A stretch of DNA of 64,000 nucleotides from Deltaproteobacteria bacterium UBA2409 (GCA_002343185.1 DDRT01000020.1:196776-260775), one strand, 5' to 3'. Positions 49,668-58,765 are shown, counted from the first letter of the stretch. Program-made: numbers and translations. Notes: generated from the letters alone by a model not told the origin.

Positions 49668-50945
49668 CTACATAACATATCCGAGAGTTTTCAACCTCTC
49701 AATATGGGCTTCATCGAGAATCATCTCTCCCTCTTCGCTAGTCAGGATCTGAAGCCCCTTTATATACGATCTCATAAACTGGACAGCCCAATCATCTGAC
49801 TCAAGAAATGACGGGTTTTGTTGTTTGGGATCATTCTGCCAGTTGAAAGCCTTTATCTTCTTCTCCTTATCGACTCGCTCTATTAGCTGAGTATCCTGAA
49901 TCAGAATACTTCTATAATTTGCTCGTCTTTTAAGTTCTTGAATAAAGAGGAGCTCACTGTAGGCTGACCTCACCCCTGAATCATTGCCTTTAAGGAGTGG
50001 AACTAAAGATCTTCCAGACCACCTTGAATCAGGGGTCTCTCCAAACATTTCAGATAACGTCGGCATTACGTCAACCAAACTTACTGGCTCATTAATTCTT
50101 GTTTGATCTTTTTTGCTAGGGAATCTGATAAAGAATGGAATATGAGTCTCTGCTCGATGTAGAGTTCTTCCATGACCTCGTTTCCCATGCTCCCAAAATT
50201 GCTCGCCATGATCTGATGTAATAATAAAGACAGCATTTTTAAGCCTTGGGAATTTGTCGACTAAGTCTTTAAAATGATGATCTACAAACTCAATCTCGCT
50301 TTTATATCTCTGAACCGTATCATCCTTCTTATCTTTTCCAGGAACATACCAAGGGTCTCTTCTATGATAAGGACCATGTGGATCCATATATTGGATATAA
50401 AGAAAAAGAGGCTTCTTTTTATCAATACTATTAAGTGCTTCTAGGAGGTGTTTGTTTAGTACAGGAGCAGTTTTGTAGGAAAAAGTGACTAAAGAGTCGA
50501 ACCCTCGATCAAATCCGAATTCTTTTCCAATATTCTGATTATCTGATCCTCCAATTGTTGAATATCCACGCTCTTTGAAAAGTTCAGGAAGAGTTTTAAG
50601 TGAGCTTGGAATTTTATTATATTTAAAAATACCTCTGTTTTTTTCGAGACGTTTAGTCACTACAAAGCCAGTCAAAATACCGTGCTGAGATGGAAAGACC
50701 CCCGTAAAGAGTGATGCAGTTGACGGAGCAGTCCAAGAACTTGGAGCTAGCGCCCTCTCAAAAACATAACTTTGTTTAGCAAGTTCCTGAAGGAAAGGTG
50801 TTTTTACATCAGGGGAGCCATAGATCGGTAAGAAATCAGCTCTTAGGGTATCAAATACAACAAAAACAACGTCTTTGCCCTTGATGGTTTCCCGTGAACA
50901 ACCTAGAAAAAAAAGAAGAACCAGAAAATACTTCATAAAAAACAA
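49668..50945 (-). CDS. Sulfatase-family (alkaline-phosphatase superfamily) lipoprotein with Thr at the nucleophile position
   Basis: Lipobox FFLGCS. VVFVVFDTLRADFL metal-binding N-terminus. Nucleophile segment WTAPSTASLFTG in place of the sulfatase CxPSRxSLLTG. Confidence 0.75.
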   Translation of the reverse strand: MFFMKYFLVLLFFLGCSRETIKGKDVVFVVFDTLRADFLPIYGSPDVKTPFLQELAKQSYVFERALAPSSWTAPSTASLFTGVFPSQHGILTGFVVTKRLEKNRGIFKYNKIPSSLKTLPELFKERGYSTIGGSDNQNIGKEFGFDRGFDSLVTFSYKTAPVLNKHLLEALNSIDKKKPLFLYIQYMDPHGPYHRRDPWYVPGKDKKDDTVQRYKSEIEFVDHHFKDLVDKFPRLKNAVFIITSDHGEQFWEHGKRGHGRTLHRAETHIPFFIRFPSKKDQTRINEPVSLVDVMPTLSEMFGETPDSRWSGRSLVPLLKGNDSGVRSAYSELLFIQELKRRANYRSILIQDTQLIERVDKEKKIKAFNWQNDPKQQNPSFLESDDWAVQFMRSYIKGLQILTSEEGEMILDEAHIERLKTLGYVM

Positions 50946-50950
50946 TTCTA

Positions 50951-51040
50951 ACTCGCGCCGGGAAGGATGCCTCGACCTTCGGTCTTCGGCATCTAAGATT
51001 CCCCTGTTGTTTGGTTCGAATCCTTCCCTTGAAGGTCTAC
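50951..51040 (-). pseudogene. Degenerate partial tRNA-Arg copy (3-prime half and T-arm fragment)
   Basis: 18-nt identity to the tRNA 3-prime end (actcgcgccgggaaggat). Scrambled anticodon-arm remnant. Separate sense-orientation T-arm fragment ggttcgaatccttccc at 51013-51028. Confidence 0.45.
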
Positions 51041-51058
51041 GAGTCCAAACATTCTACT

Positions 51059-51132
51059 CGCGCCGGGAAGGATTCGAACCCTCGACCCTCTGATCCGAAG
51101 TCAGATGCTCTATCCAGCTGAGCTACCGACGC
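51059..51132 (-). tRNA. tRNA-Arg (anticodon TCG by hand folding), CCA not encoded
   Basis: Reverse complement folds as a cloverleaf: acceptor GCGUCGG/CCGGCGC, D-arm GCUCAGCUGGAUAGAGC, anticodon loop CUUCGGA, T-arm GAGGGUUCGAAUCCUUC. Confidence 0.8.
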
Positions 51133-51237
51133 ATATTTAGAACCACAATCATTTGAGCTCAGCTGGATAGTGTGTCACCGGAGGTGACACAAAACAACAG
51201 GGCAGCTGAGCTACCGACGCATAAAAAATTTATCAAC

Positions 51238-51368
51238 TTGGGGGTCAGGCCGGGAGGCCTGACCAGACATGTGCGTGCATTTGCCTGGTCAGGCCTACCG
51301 GCCTGACCCCCGTTTTATTTCTTCGTCTGCTGGCGCAGACGACAGACCCTCCCGGCCTGACCCCCAAG
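51238..51368. repeat. REP/BIME-like cluster (two palindromes plus hairpin module)
   Basis: ttgggggtcaggccgggaggcctgaccagaca...cctggtcaggcctaccggcctgaccccc, then gttttatttcttcgtctgctggcgcagacgacaga, then ccctcccggcctgacccccaagta. Confidence 0.75.
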
Positions 51369-51439
51369 TAAAAAAATAATACATAAAATCACGGATTAGA
51401 TCGAATCTTGACTTTATTCTCCAATAGAAGTTACGTTGC

Positions 51440-51528
51440 CCGATATACCTCGGGGGTGGCGCTAGGCGTCTGAGATCAAACCCATCGAACCTGAACTAGT
51501 TAGTACTAGCGTAGGAAAGAGGCAGTCA
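51440..51528 (+). ncRNA. Candidate TPP (THI-box) riboswitch in the 5-prime leader of the TonB-dependent receptor
   Basis: cgGGGGTGgcgc...CTGAGA...ACCC..GAACCTGA...GTTAgTAC..GCGTAGGaAA follows the THI-element consensus order (GGGGUGC, CUGAGA, ACCC, GAACCUGAUC, GCGUAGGGA). Confidence 0.6.
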
Positions 51529-51538
51529 GAGCATTCAT

Positions 51539-53530
51539 ATGCTGACCCCGGTAGGTGTTATTAGAGGGGTTATGAGAATAGTTTTACTAATTTTACTTTC
51601 TAGTCTGATCTTAGCCGAGGAGATCTCAGTGACTCCTGAGTACTCTCCTGTAACTCATACTGTATTTTCAGGCACTGAGCTTAATTATCAGGGTGTAAGA
51701 ACACTTGACGATCTTTCTCAGTTTACTCCTGGTCTTAGTGTTGCTGGGGGAACATCAAGACCTAGATTCTTAATAATCCGAGGAATAGGTGAAAGAGAAC
51801 TTTTTGAAGGAATCCCTAATAGTTCAGTAACTACAATATTAGATGGTGTAGATCTAAGTGGGATTGGCGGTGTTGTTTCACTCTTTGATATTGAGCAGGT
51901 TGATATATACAAAGGCTCTGAGAATTTTCTTTTTGGACCATCAGTCTTTGGAGGCGCCTTAAATTTTTCCTCATCCAAGGAATATAAAGGTGGAAGAGCA
52001 CAAATCGGTGTTGGTAATGAAGATCTTATCGAAGGTGGAATAGCTTTTGGTGAAAATATTACAGAGACTATCTCAGCAAGATTTTCATTCTTTAAGTCGG
52101 AAAGTGACGGATTTACTAAAAATATAAATCTTGGGGATACAAATAAACGTGACTTAACAAACCTAAGGTTATCTGTTCTAGTAAAACCTTTCGAAAAAAC
52201 CTTTATAGAAACAACTATTTTTAGCGGAATTCTAGATGATGGCTACGATGCTTTTACGATAGATAATGATAGAAAAACAGAGAGTGATACACCTGGAGTT
52301 GATAGGCAGAACACTTTGGCTCTATCAAATAAGATAGTCAGCACACTTGAATCAGGTGCAGAGATCTCAAATACCCTTTCTCTCTCCCATTCTAATCTTA
52401 ATCAGAGCTTTGATGGTGATTGGGGTAGTAATGAGTTTTGGGGAACAACATACGATTACTTTTTTGATCAAAGACGTAAACCTAAGAGAGTTGGAAACGA
52501 TCTTAGATATGAGGATGAAGAGCTTACTTTGGGGCTATATGTTTCAAGGCTTATTGAGGAAGGTGGAGCTGATCAATATTCTGATGGAGTCCGGTACAGC
52601 GAGGTTAACTCAAAGTACGATTTAAACTCAGCAGCTCCTTACGTTCACTATACTCATGACATAGGGGAAGGTTGGATTCTTGGTGGTGGAGTTAGAGGTG
52701 AAATCTTGGAGTATGACTTTAAAGATTCAAGAGAGTCTAAATTCAGCGAAAATGATTTTTTGTTTGGCTCAGCTATGAGCCTTAAAAAAATGTTCGGTCA
52801 CGATTATGCTGAACTAAAGGTCTCGTACGCAGAAAAGCAAGGTGGAGTTAATCCTGGGTCATTTGTACCTGATTCAAAAAAGATCTTTAATGGTGAGTCC
52901 CTGTCAATGATCGAACTTGGTGGAGAGTTTGAGCTTTTTAAAGCAACCTGGAATTTGAATAGTTTTTACGGAAGGCGGGGCGATCAGCAGGTTAAAACCT
53001 CCTTTCAAGCAGATCCAGAGGATCCACTGACTTTTGGTTATTTAACTGAAAATGCTGCAAAGGGTGATCTTTACGGCATAGAAACAGAGGTAAGTGCAGA
53101 GATTTTGAAAGGACTTACTTCGAGAGTAGCTGCAAGTTTGATGAGAACAAATATTTACGACCTCACTCTTTCAGAGAGGCTTGTTGATGGAAGAGATCAA
53201 GCCTATGCGCCAAGGCATAGCCTTTCAGCCGCGTTAGAATATCTTATAACCGAGAATTTATATTTTGGAACCGGAATATCAGGAAGAGGATCTATTTACC
53301 TTGATGATTCTCATGACGAGAAGTCAGCAAAATACAATTTATTTGATGCAAGACTTGGATATCAGGAGAAAAATTTTAGAGTCGAACTTTGGGGAAGAAA
53401 TTTAGGGAATGAGCGCTATGAAACTCGTGGTTTTTATTTCGGAAATGAGCCGCCAGATTTTCAACCTAAAAGATATGTTCAGCTAGGAGACCCAAGAGCT
53501 TTCGGAATAAGTGTTAGTTATGACTGGTAG
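51539..53530 (+). CDS. TonB-dependent outer-membrane receptor (likely thiamine-related uptake)
   Basis: Signal peptide. Plug-domain motifs (DDLSQFTPGLSV, IRGIG). 22-strand-barrel-length C-terminal domain ending in aromatic W (SVSYDW). Confidence 0.8.
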   Translation: MLTPVGVIRGVMRIVLLILLSSLILAEEISVTPEYSPVTHTVFSGTELNYQGVRTLDDLSQFTPGLSVAGGTSRPRFLIIRGIGERELFEGIPNSSVTTILDGVDLSGIGGVVSLFDIEQVDIYKGSENFLFGPSVFGGALNFSSSKEYKGGRAQIGVGNEDLIEGGIAFGENITETISARFSFFKSESDGFTKNINLGDTNKRDLTNLRLSVLVKPFEKTFIETTIFSGILDDGYDAFTIDNDRKTESDTPGVDRQNTLALSNKIVSTLESGAEISNTLSLSHSNLNQSFDGDWGSNEFWGTTYDYFFDQRRKPKRVGNDLRYEDEELTLGLYVSRLIEEGGADQYSDGVRYSEVNSKYDLNSAAPYVHYTHDIGEGWILGGGVRGEILEYDFKDSRESKFSENDFLFGSAMSLKKMFGHDYAELKVSYAEKQGGVNPGSFVPDSKKIFNGESLSMIELGGEFELFKATWNLNSFYGRRGDQQVKTSFQADPEDPLTFGYLTENAAKGDLYGIETEVSAEILKGLTSRVAASLMRTNIYDLTLSERLVDGRDQAYAPRHSLSAALEYLITENLYFGTGISGRGSIYLDDSHDEKSAKYNLFDARLGYQEKNFRVELWGRNLGNERYETRGFYFGNEPPDFQPKRYVQLGDPRAFGISVSYDW

Positions 53531-53537
53531 AGAATAT

Positions 53538-53660
53538 GTCTGGTCTGGCTTTCTTGTCCTTCGTAGCTTTAGCGTAGGAGGAAGCCTGACCTAGATTAAG
53601 GTCGTGTTGCCCTGTTTATTGCTTCGTCCGCTAGCGCGGACGACAGATCACGACCAGGCA
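53538..53660. repeat. Degenerate REP-associated hairpin module
   Basis: tctggtctgg...gcctgacc and ctgtttattgcttcgtccgctagcgcggacgacagatc, cognate to the cgtctgcttacgcagacgacaga module. Confidence 0.55.
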
Positions 53661-53662
53661 AT

Positions 53663-54628
53663 TCATTGTCTTGCTTTCTCCAGCGCTTCGGCAACTTCCT
53701 CAGCTGTTCGCTCAGTATAGCGCATAGTTATTCTAACATCGCTATGACCTAAGGCTTGAGCAACAAGTCTTATATCTTTACTACTATCAAGAAGTTCTGT
53801 CGCGAATGAATGCCTAAGAAGATGAGGATGAAGTTTTGTATCTTTAGATAATTCATGAATCGCCCGCCAAACGCTCTTAGCACCCATTAAAAAAGTCTCA
53901 GGATCATCGGGGTTTACATTGTAAAAACTAGGAAATATCGGAATTGAATCAGATATTTTTTTTGGAAGATTTGGAAACCTTTTTTTAAGTTCTTTCGCTC
54001 TTTCTTCAAGATAGCTTGAAAGAGTAGGTCTAAATACAGAGGTTATATAAACGTTTCTGTATTGCTTTGATTTTGTTCTAACGTTTTTAATCCACTCTAA
54101 GTCCCTATCGAGCTGTAATAATTTAAGGTTTCTTACCTCATCTGCTCTTATTCCGGTATCTAAAAGAAGTTCAAAGAGTACTTTATTCCTGAGGCGGTTG
54201 AAGTTTGGCTTTTCAAGGATTCTATCTGATGCTTTTTCTTTTATCTCTTCAAGCTCATCTAACATTATTGCTTTAGGTTTTAGAGGTTTAATCTTTGGAG
54301 GTTTTACCTCTTTACTTGGATTTTTAAAGCCAGGAATATGCTCAGAGAGTGATCTTCCAGCATGTTTTAATGTAGCAAGCCTTCTTGAAACTGTAGCAGG
54401 GCTTTCGCCGTGGGATAAGAGAAATTCAAGGAATTGGTAAGTTGCTGTAAAGTCCCAGTCTTTAAGGGTAAGATCTGAGATGCTTTTAACTTTTTTAAAC
54501 TCTCTTAAAAATCCTAAGAATTGATTTAGATCGTTAGTTTTGGCTTTCTGAGTATGAGGAGATGAACCAGCATAGTGTGTAAGGTAATGATCAAAAGTGC
54601 TTTTAAGCTTTGGGCTTCTCATTGACAA
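53663..54628 (-). CDS. Tyrosine-type site-specific recombinase (XerC/XerD-like or integrase)
   Basis: Catalytic box HLLRHSFATELL...LGHSDVRITMRYTE (R-H-R-Y residues). SAM-like N-domain. Lys/Pro-rich insertion KPPKIKPLKPK. Confidence 0.8.
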   Translation of the reverse strand: MSMRSPKLKSTFDHYLTHYAGSSPHTQKAKTNDLNQFLGFLREFKKVKSISDLTLKDWDFTATYQFLEFLLSHGESPATVSRRLATLKHAGRSLSEHIPGFKNPSKEVKPPKIKPLKPKAIMLDELEEIKEKASDRILEKPNFNRLRNKVLFELLLDTGIRADEVRNLKLLQLDRDLEWIKNVRTKSKQYRNVYITSVFRPTLSSYLEERAKELKKRFPNLPKKISDSIPIFPSFYNVNPDDPETFLMGAKSVWRAIHELSKDTKLHPHLLRHSFATELLDSSKDIRLVAQALGHSDVRITMRYTERTAEEVAEALEKARQ

Positions 54629-54652
54629 ATCACATTATAAACCGGTTTTCTT

Positions 54653-55882
54653 TTGACCGAGAGGGGGGATTTTCGATGGCTCTTTATCCACCGTTTTGAT
54701 ACTTCTCTTACGTTGAGGGAACTTTTAAGGCGAAATAAGAATTTTAGGTTTATCTCTTGGGCTTTAGCACTAAGCCTGTTTGGGGATTGGGTTGGGTTAC
54801 TAGCAATCTTTAGCCTTCTTGGTGGTGGAAATCCTGCTACAGAGTTCTCTATATTGTTAGTTTTAAAGCAATTACCAATCATTCTTTTCTCCTCAATCGG
54901 AGGCAAGCTTGCAGACACATATTCAAGAAGAAAACTGATGATTGCATCAGACATTGTAAGGTCATTACTTGTAGCTACTTTGATCCTCAATCAATCTACT
55001 GTTTGGATATATACAGTCGTTTTTCTTCAATCGACATTTTCTAGTGTTTTTGAGCCAGCAAGAGGAGCAATTATTCCAAGATTAGTCCCGGGCGATTCTC
55101 TTGGAAAAGCAAATGGAGTTGGTGCCTTTATCTGGTCATCGATGCTTATTCTTGGTTCATCTTTAGGCGGAGTAATTTTAGAAGGAGTTGGAGTAATCGG
55201 TTGTATTCTTATAGACAGTATAAGTTATCTTTTCTCAGGATTTTTTGTTTCTAAGTTAAATGACAATGAGTTTTACCCACTCCCTGAAAAAAATGATGCG
55301 CAGGCAGTTAAGATTAATTCACCAAGACTTTTAACTATTATCTCAATTAAAGGAGTTTATGGATTTGGAGCTGCTATGTATCTAATTCTAGCAGTTTTAG
55401 GGGCTGAAAAATTTACTATGGGAAGCAGTGGAACATTAGGGATCTCAGTTCTTTATTCGTGTAGAGGTTTAGGTGCATTAATGGGGCCTATTTTGTCACT
55501 AAGATTATTTGGCGATAAAAATCATCAACGTATTATTCTATTAGGGCTTTTAGTTATGGGGTTAGGATACTTCGGTATCTCTGTATCAGATTCATTGGTC
55601 TTAGTAGGATTAGCAACTGTTATGGCTCATATGGGAGGAAGTACTCTATGGGTTTACTCGACAACTCTTTTGCAACGTGAAGCAAGTGATGAGATTCGAG
55701 GAAGAGCAACTGGAGCTGAGCTTTCAGGATTTTTCTTTTCTTCCACTATTTCTCAGATTGTTTTTGGAGCGCTGATGGGGGGAGTGATTATTGCTCCTGA
55801 AACAGCTGCTTTTTCTTGTGCTCTAATCTGGTGGGGAGCAGCGCTTGGGTATGTTTGGTTGTTTAGGAGGTATTTAAGATAG
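54653..55882 (+). CDS. MFS transporter
   Basis: Twelve predicted hydrophobic segments. MFS-like GxLxDxxGRR-type loop (GGKLADTYSRRKLM). Confidence 0.7.
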   Translation: MTERGDFRWLFIHRFDTSLTLRELLRRNKNFRFISWALALSLFGDWVGLLAIFSLLGGGNPATEFSILLVLKQLPIILFSSIGGKLADTYSRRKLMIASDIVRSLLVATLILNQSTVWIYTVVFLQSTFSSVFEPARGAIIPRLVPGDSLGKANGVGAFIWSSMLILGSSLGGVILEGVGVIGCILIDSISYLFSGFFVSKLNDNEFYPLPEKNDAQAVKINSPRLLTIISIKGVYGFGAAMYLILAVLGAEKFTMGSSGTLGISVLYSCRGLGALMGPILSLRLFGDKNHQRIILLGLLVMGLGYFGISVSDSLVLVGLATVMAHMGGSTLWVYSTTLLQREASDEIRGRATGAELSGFFFSSTISQIVFGALMGGVIIAPETAAFSCALIWWGAALGYVWLFRRYLR

Positions 55883-55885
55883 GTA

Positions 55886-56056
55886 CTTGGGGGTCAGGCA
55901 AATGCTAGCAGCTCCCTGGTCAGGCCTTCCGGCCTGACCCCCGTTTTATTTCTTCGTCTGCTTACGCAGACGACAGATTCCTTCCGGCCTGACCCCCGTT
56001 TTATTTCTTCGTCTGCTTACGCAGACGACAGATTCCTTCCGGCCTGACCCCCAAGT
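55886..56056. repeat. REP/BIME-like cluster with a perfect 57-nt tandem duplication
   Basis: ttgggggtcaggc...ctggtcaggccttccggcctgaccccc, followed by two identical copies of gttttatttcttcgtctgcttacgcagacgacagattccttccggcctgaccccc. Confidence 0.8.
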
Positions 56057-56058
56057 AC

Positions 56059-56736
56059 CTAGTTCTTCAAAAATCCGAAAATACAAGGAAGCTTTGGAAG
56101 TAATAGATTCTCTTTTCTCCATTCTTGTATCGATTTTGTTCTAATAAATTCGTTACTCCCTGTAATATCAGATGCAACTAAGAGAAGGGTTGTAGGAGAT
56201 AATGCTTTTAAACATGTTTCAAATGTTTTCTGATTTCTATAGGGTGTTTCGATAAAAAGATGTGTATATGGGAATTTCTCCAATTTTTTTAATTCACCTG
56301 AAAGATTATTAATTGGAAGATAGCCATGAAAATGAAAATTCTGACCATCTAGCCCAGATGCCATAAGAGCTAAAATAATTGAGCTTGGGCCAATTATTGG
56401 TATTACAGTGGCACCTTTTTGATGAGCAACTCTAACAATTAAGTTCCCAGGGTCTGCAACCCCAGGGGCTCCAGCTTCTGATAAAATTGCAGAAGGGAAC
56501 ACTAATTCTTCTAGGAATGATTTATTAGGTTTTTTAGGAATTTCTATAAATTCATAATCACTTACTTTTAGCCCTAAACTAGAGATAAATCGTCTAGCAG
56601 TTCTTAGATTCTCTACATATAGGGTTTTGAATTTCTTGAATATTTCTATTGGTGGTTTAAAAAAATTATCTGAGATCGGGGTCGGAATCAGGTAGATTTG
56701 ATTAGCGTTTCCCTCATTGATACCCTCACCTTTCAT
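56059..56736 (-). CDS. RsmI-like tetrapyrrole-methylase-fold rRNA 2-prime-O-methyltransferase
   Basis: YLIPTPISDN N-terminus and ATVIPIIGPSSIILALMASGLDGQNFHFHGYLP parallel RsmI (PGPSA.ITAL.ASGLP.D.F.F.GFLP). Shorter than typical. Confidence 0.6.
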   Translation of the reverse strand: MKGEGINEGNANQIYLIPTPISDNFFKPPIEIFKKFKTLYVENLRTARRFISSLGLKVSDYEFIEIPKKPNKSFLEELVFPSAILSEAGAPGVADPGNLIVRVAHQKGATVIPIIGPSSIILALMASGLDGQNFHFHGYLPINNLSGELKKLEKFPYTHLFIETPYRNQKTFETCLKALSPTTLLLVASDITGSNEFIRTKSIQEWRKENLLLPKLPCIFGFLKN

Positions 56737-58039
56737 GCTTAATCAATTATTACACCCAACGAAATATTATTCACCAGATAAAGGTAGTGGATCCGGATTA
56801 TTTGGATTGGTGCCTAAATCCGAGCTTGATCCGATTATGAAGGCAAATGCCCTAGTTAAGGCTGCAAGAGAGGCAGGAGTAGAAGGAATTATAGATTGTG
56901 GAGTTGGGGTTTGTTCAAACGAATTTGGTCAACCTGTCGTTCCAAAAGCGATATGTGATGTAATTGAAACTCTTTCTGTTGAACAAATTAGAGGAACATA
57001 TATCCCTGGAACTGGATATGAGCCATTTTTAGATTCAGCAAGGACACTTTTATTTGGAAAGCAAAAAAATAATGTAAACTCTGTTCAGGCTAATGGTGGA
57101 ACCCATGCATTAAGAATTATAGCTGACACTTTAAAAGCTATGCCCAAGTTCGATCCTAAATATTCTGAATTAAAAATTGCTATGCCAAATCCAACCTGGG
57201 GCAATCATAAACTGATATTCCAAGATTTTGAGCAACAATCCTATCCTTATTTAGATTCAAGAGGATTTAGAGTAGATATAGTGGCACTAACTAGGGCTAT
57301 TCAAAATCTGGAAGCTGGAACAGCAATAATACTTCACCCATCATGCCCTAACCCTGCAAGCTATCCATTATCAGAGGTTCAGTGGGATATGGTTTTAACT
57401 CAGATCTCTGAGCGTCAAAAAAGTGGTGATATTGTGCTCCCGATTTTTGATTCTGCCTATCAAGGGTTTGGTAGAGGTCTTGAGGAAGATGCTTATCCTA
57501 TTAGAAAAGCAGCAGAGCTAGGGTTAGAATTTTTTGTTGCTGAAAGCTATTCTAAAAAATTTGCTCTTTATAGACATCGAGTTGGGGCAGTTCACTTTTG
57601 TTCAACAGAATCTGAATCTAGAACTAATTTAATGTCACAAATTGGTACAACAGTTATAAGACCAACTGTTTCAAGTCTATCGATTGCAGGTGCTGATATA
57701 GCACACCGGGCTATGACAGACCATGATACTATGTTTCAAATTGAAAATTATCTTGAAACAAAAAGAAACGACTTTAAAATTAGAAGAGAATATTTGGCAG
57801 AAGCACTCGATATGCCTGGACTTATAAACGGGGAAGGGATGTTCGCCTTAATTCCAGGTATTGGCCAGGAAGGGCAGGAGTGGCTTTGGACTGAATGTAA
57901 CATAATGACAATTTATAACCCTTGGATTGACCCAAGTGGAGCTAATAACGACGCAATCAGGGTATGCTTAGATGCCTTAAATCATGAAAATATCGGTAAT
58001 TTTACAAATGCTCTACAACAGGTTAGAGCGCTAAATTAG
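56717..58039 (+). CDS. Aspartate/aromatic amino acid aminotransferase (class I, AspC/TyrB type)
   Basis: NPTWGNHKLIF, FDSAYQGFGRGLEEDA and PLP-lysine box SYSKKFALYRHRVGA align with AspC motifs. The true start is probably downstream of 56717. Confidence 0.8.
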   Translation: MIPSPFMLNQLLHPTKYYSPDKGSGSGLFGLVPKSELDPIMKANALVKAAREAGVEGIIDCGVGVCSNEFGQPVVPKAICDVIETLSVEQIRGTYIPGTGYEPFLDSARTLLFGKQKNNVNSVQANGGTHALRIIADTLKAMPKFDPKYSELKIAMPNPTWGNHKLIFQDFEQQSYPYLDSRGFRVDIVALTRAIQNLEAGTAIILHPSCPNPASYPLSEVQWDMVLTQISERQKSGDIVLPIFDSAYQGFGRGLEEDAYPIRKAAELGLEFFVAESYSKKFALYRHRVGAVHFCSTESESRTNLMSQIGTTVIRPTVSSLSIAGADIAHRAMTDHDTMFQIENYLETKRNDFKIRREYLAEALDMPGLINGEGMFALIPGIGQEGQEWLWTECNIMTIYNPWIDPSGANNDAIRVCLDALNHENIGNFTNALQQVRALN

Positions 58040-58102
58040 AGTAAATATTTTTAGTTTCCTACGAAACTTTTCCCTCATTTCTTCGATAGAACATATAGAA
58101 GT

Positions 58103-58765
58103 ATGTTAGGGGGGATGGAAAAGAGAGATCAGTTAATTGAAGAGTATAGAAAACTAGTTAGCTCTATTGCTAGGTGCTTACTAGATAAGATGTCACTCCC
58201 TATAGCAGTAAGAGAAGATATCGAATCAGCAGGGTTTTTGGGGCTAGTTGAAGCAGCAGATAGATTTAACCCTGAAACAGGAGTCCCATTTAGCCAGTTT
58301 GCAGCTATCAGAATTAGAGGAGCAATGATCGATTGGATTAGGGCCAGCTCCCATCTGACCGGTAGAGCCTACAGGATGGCTAAAGCTCTAAAAGGGGTCA
58401 CAGAGTTAAGAGAAGAGATAGAGCTATCATCAGTTGAAGGTGTTCTTGAATTTGCTTTTCAAGGGGCGCTTACCTTTGCTCTTAGTATGTCTGATGTAGT
58501 TGAAGAGGTGGAGGCTCTCCATGATCCAAGTCCAGATCCAGAAGAAGAATTAGTACAGAAAAGAACAGTTGAAATTTTAAAAGAGATAGTATCTGAGCTT
58601 CCAGAGAAAGAACGATCAATAGTTGAGCTCTATTATTTTCATGGAAAGACATTCTTAGAGATCTCTCACCATGACTCAGCTCTTTCGAAAGGATGGATCT
58701 CAAGACTTCATGCAAGAGCTCTTGAGATGATACGGGAAAAATTAATGGAAAGGGGTTATGCGTAA
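58103..58765 (+). CDS. fliA: FliA/WhiG-family (sigma-28-type) RNA polymerase sigma factor
   Basis: Region 2 GFLGLVEAADRFNPETGVPFSQFAAIRIRGAMIDWIR and region 4 ERSIVELYYFHGKTFLEIS...ISRLHARALEMIR. Confidence 0.7.
   Translation: MLGGMEKRDQLIEEYRKLVSSIARCLLDKMSLPIAVREDIESAGFLGLVEAADRFNPETGVPFSQFAAIRIRGAMIDWIRASSHLTGRAYRMAKALKGVTELREEIELSSVEGVLEFAFQGALTFALSMSDVVEEVEALHDPSPDPEEELVQKRTVEILKEIVSELPEKERSIVELYYFHGKTFLEISHHDSALSKGWISRLHARALEMIREKLMERGYA

Noticed and set aside
54619-54990. 123-aa minus-strand ORF overlapping the recombinase start and the MFS gene start.
   Set aside because: It is antisense to the MFS transporter N-terminus and has no motif. It is likely spurious.
55886-56056. A possible CRISPR array, given the identical 57-nt direct repeats with palindromic cores.
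   Set aside because: There are only two repeat copies, with no unique spacers, no cas genes nearby, and the same palindrome is dispersed singly elsewhere. It is a REP/BIME tandem duplication, not CRISPR.
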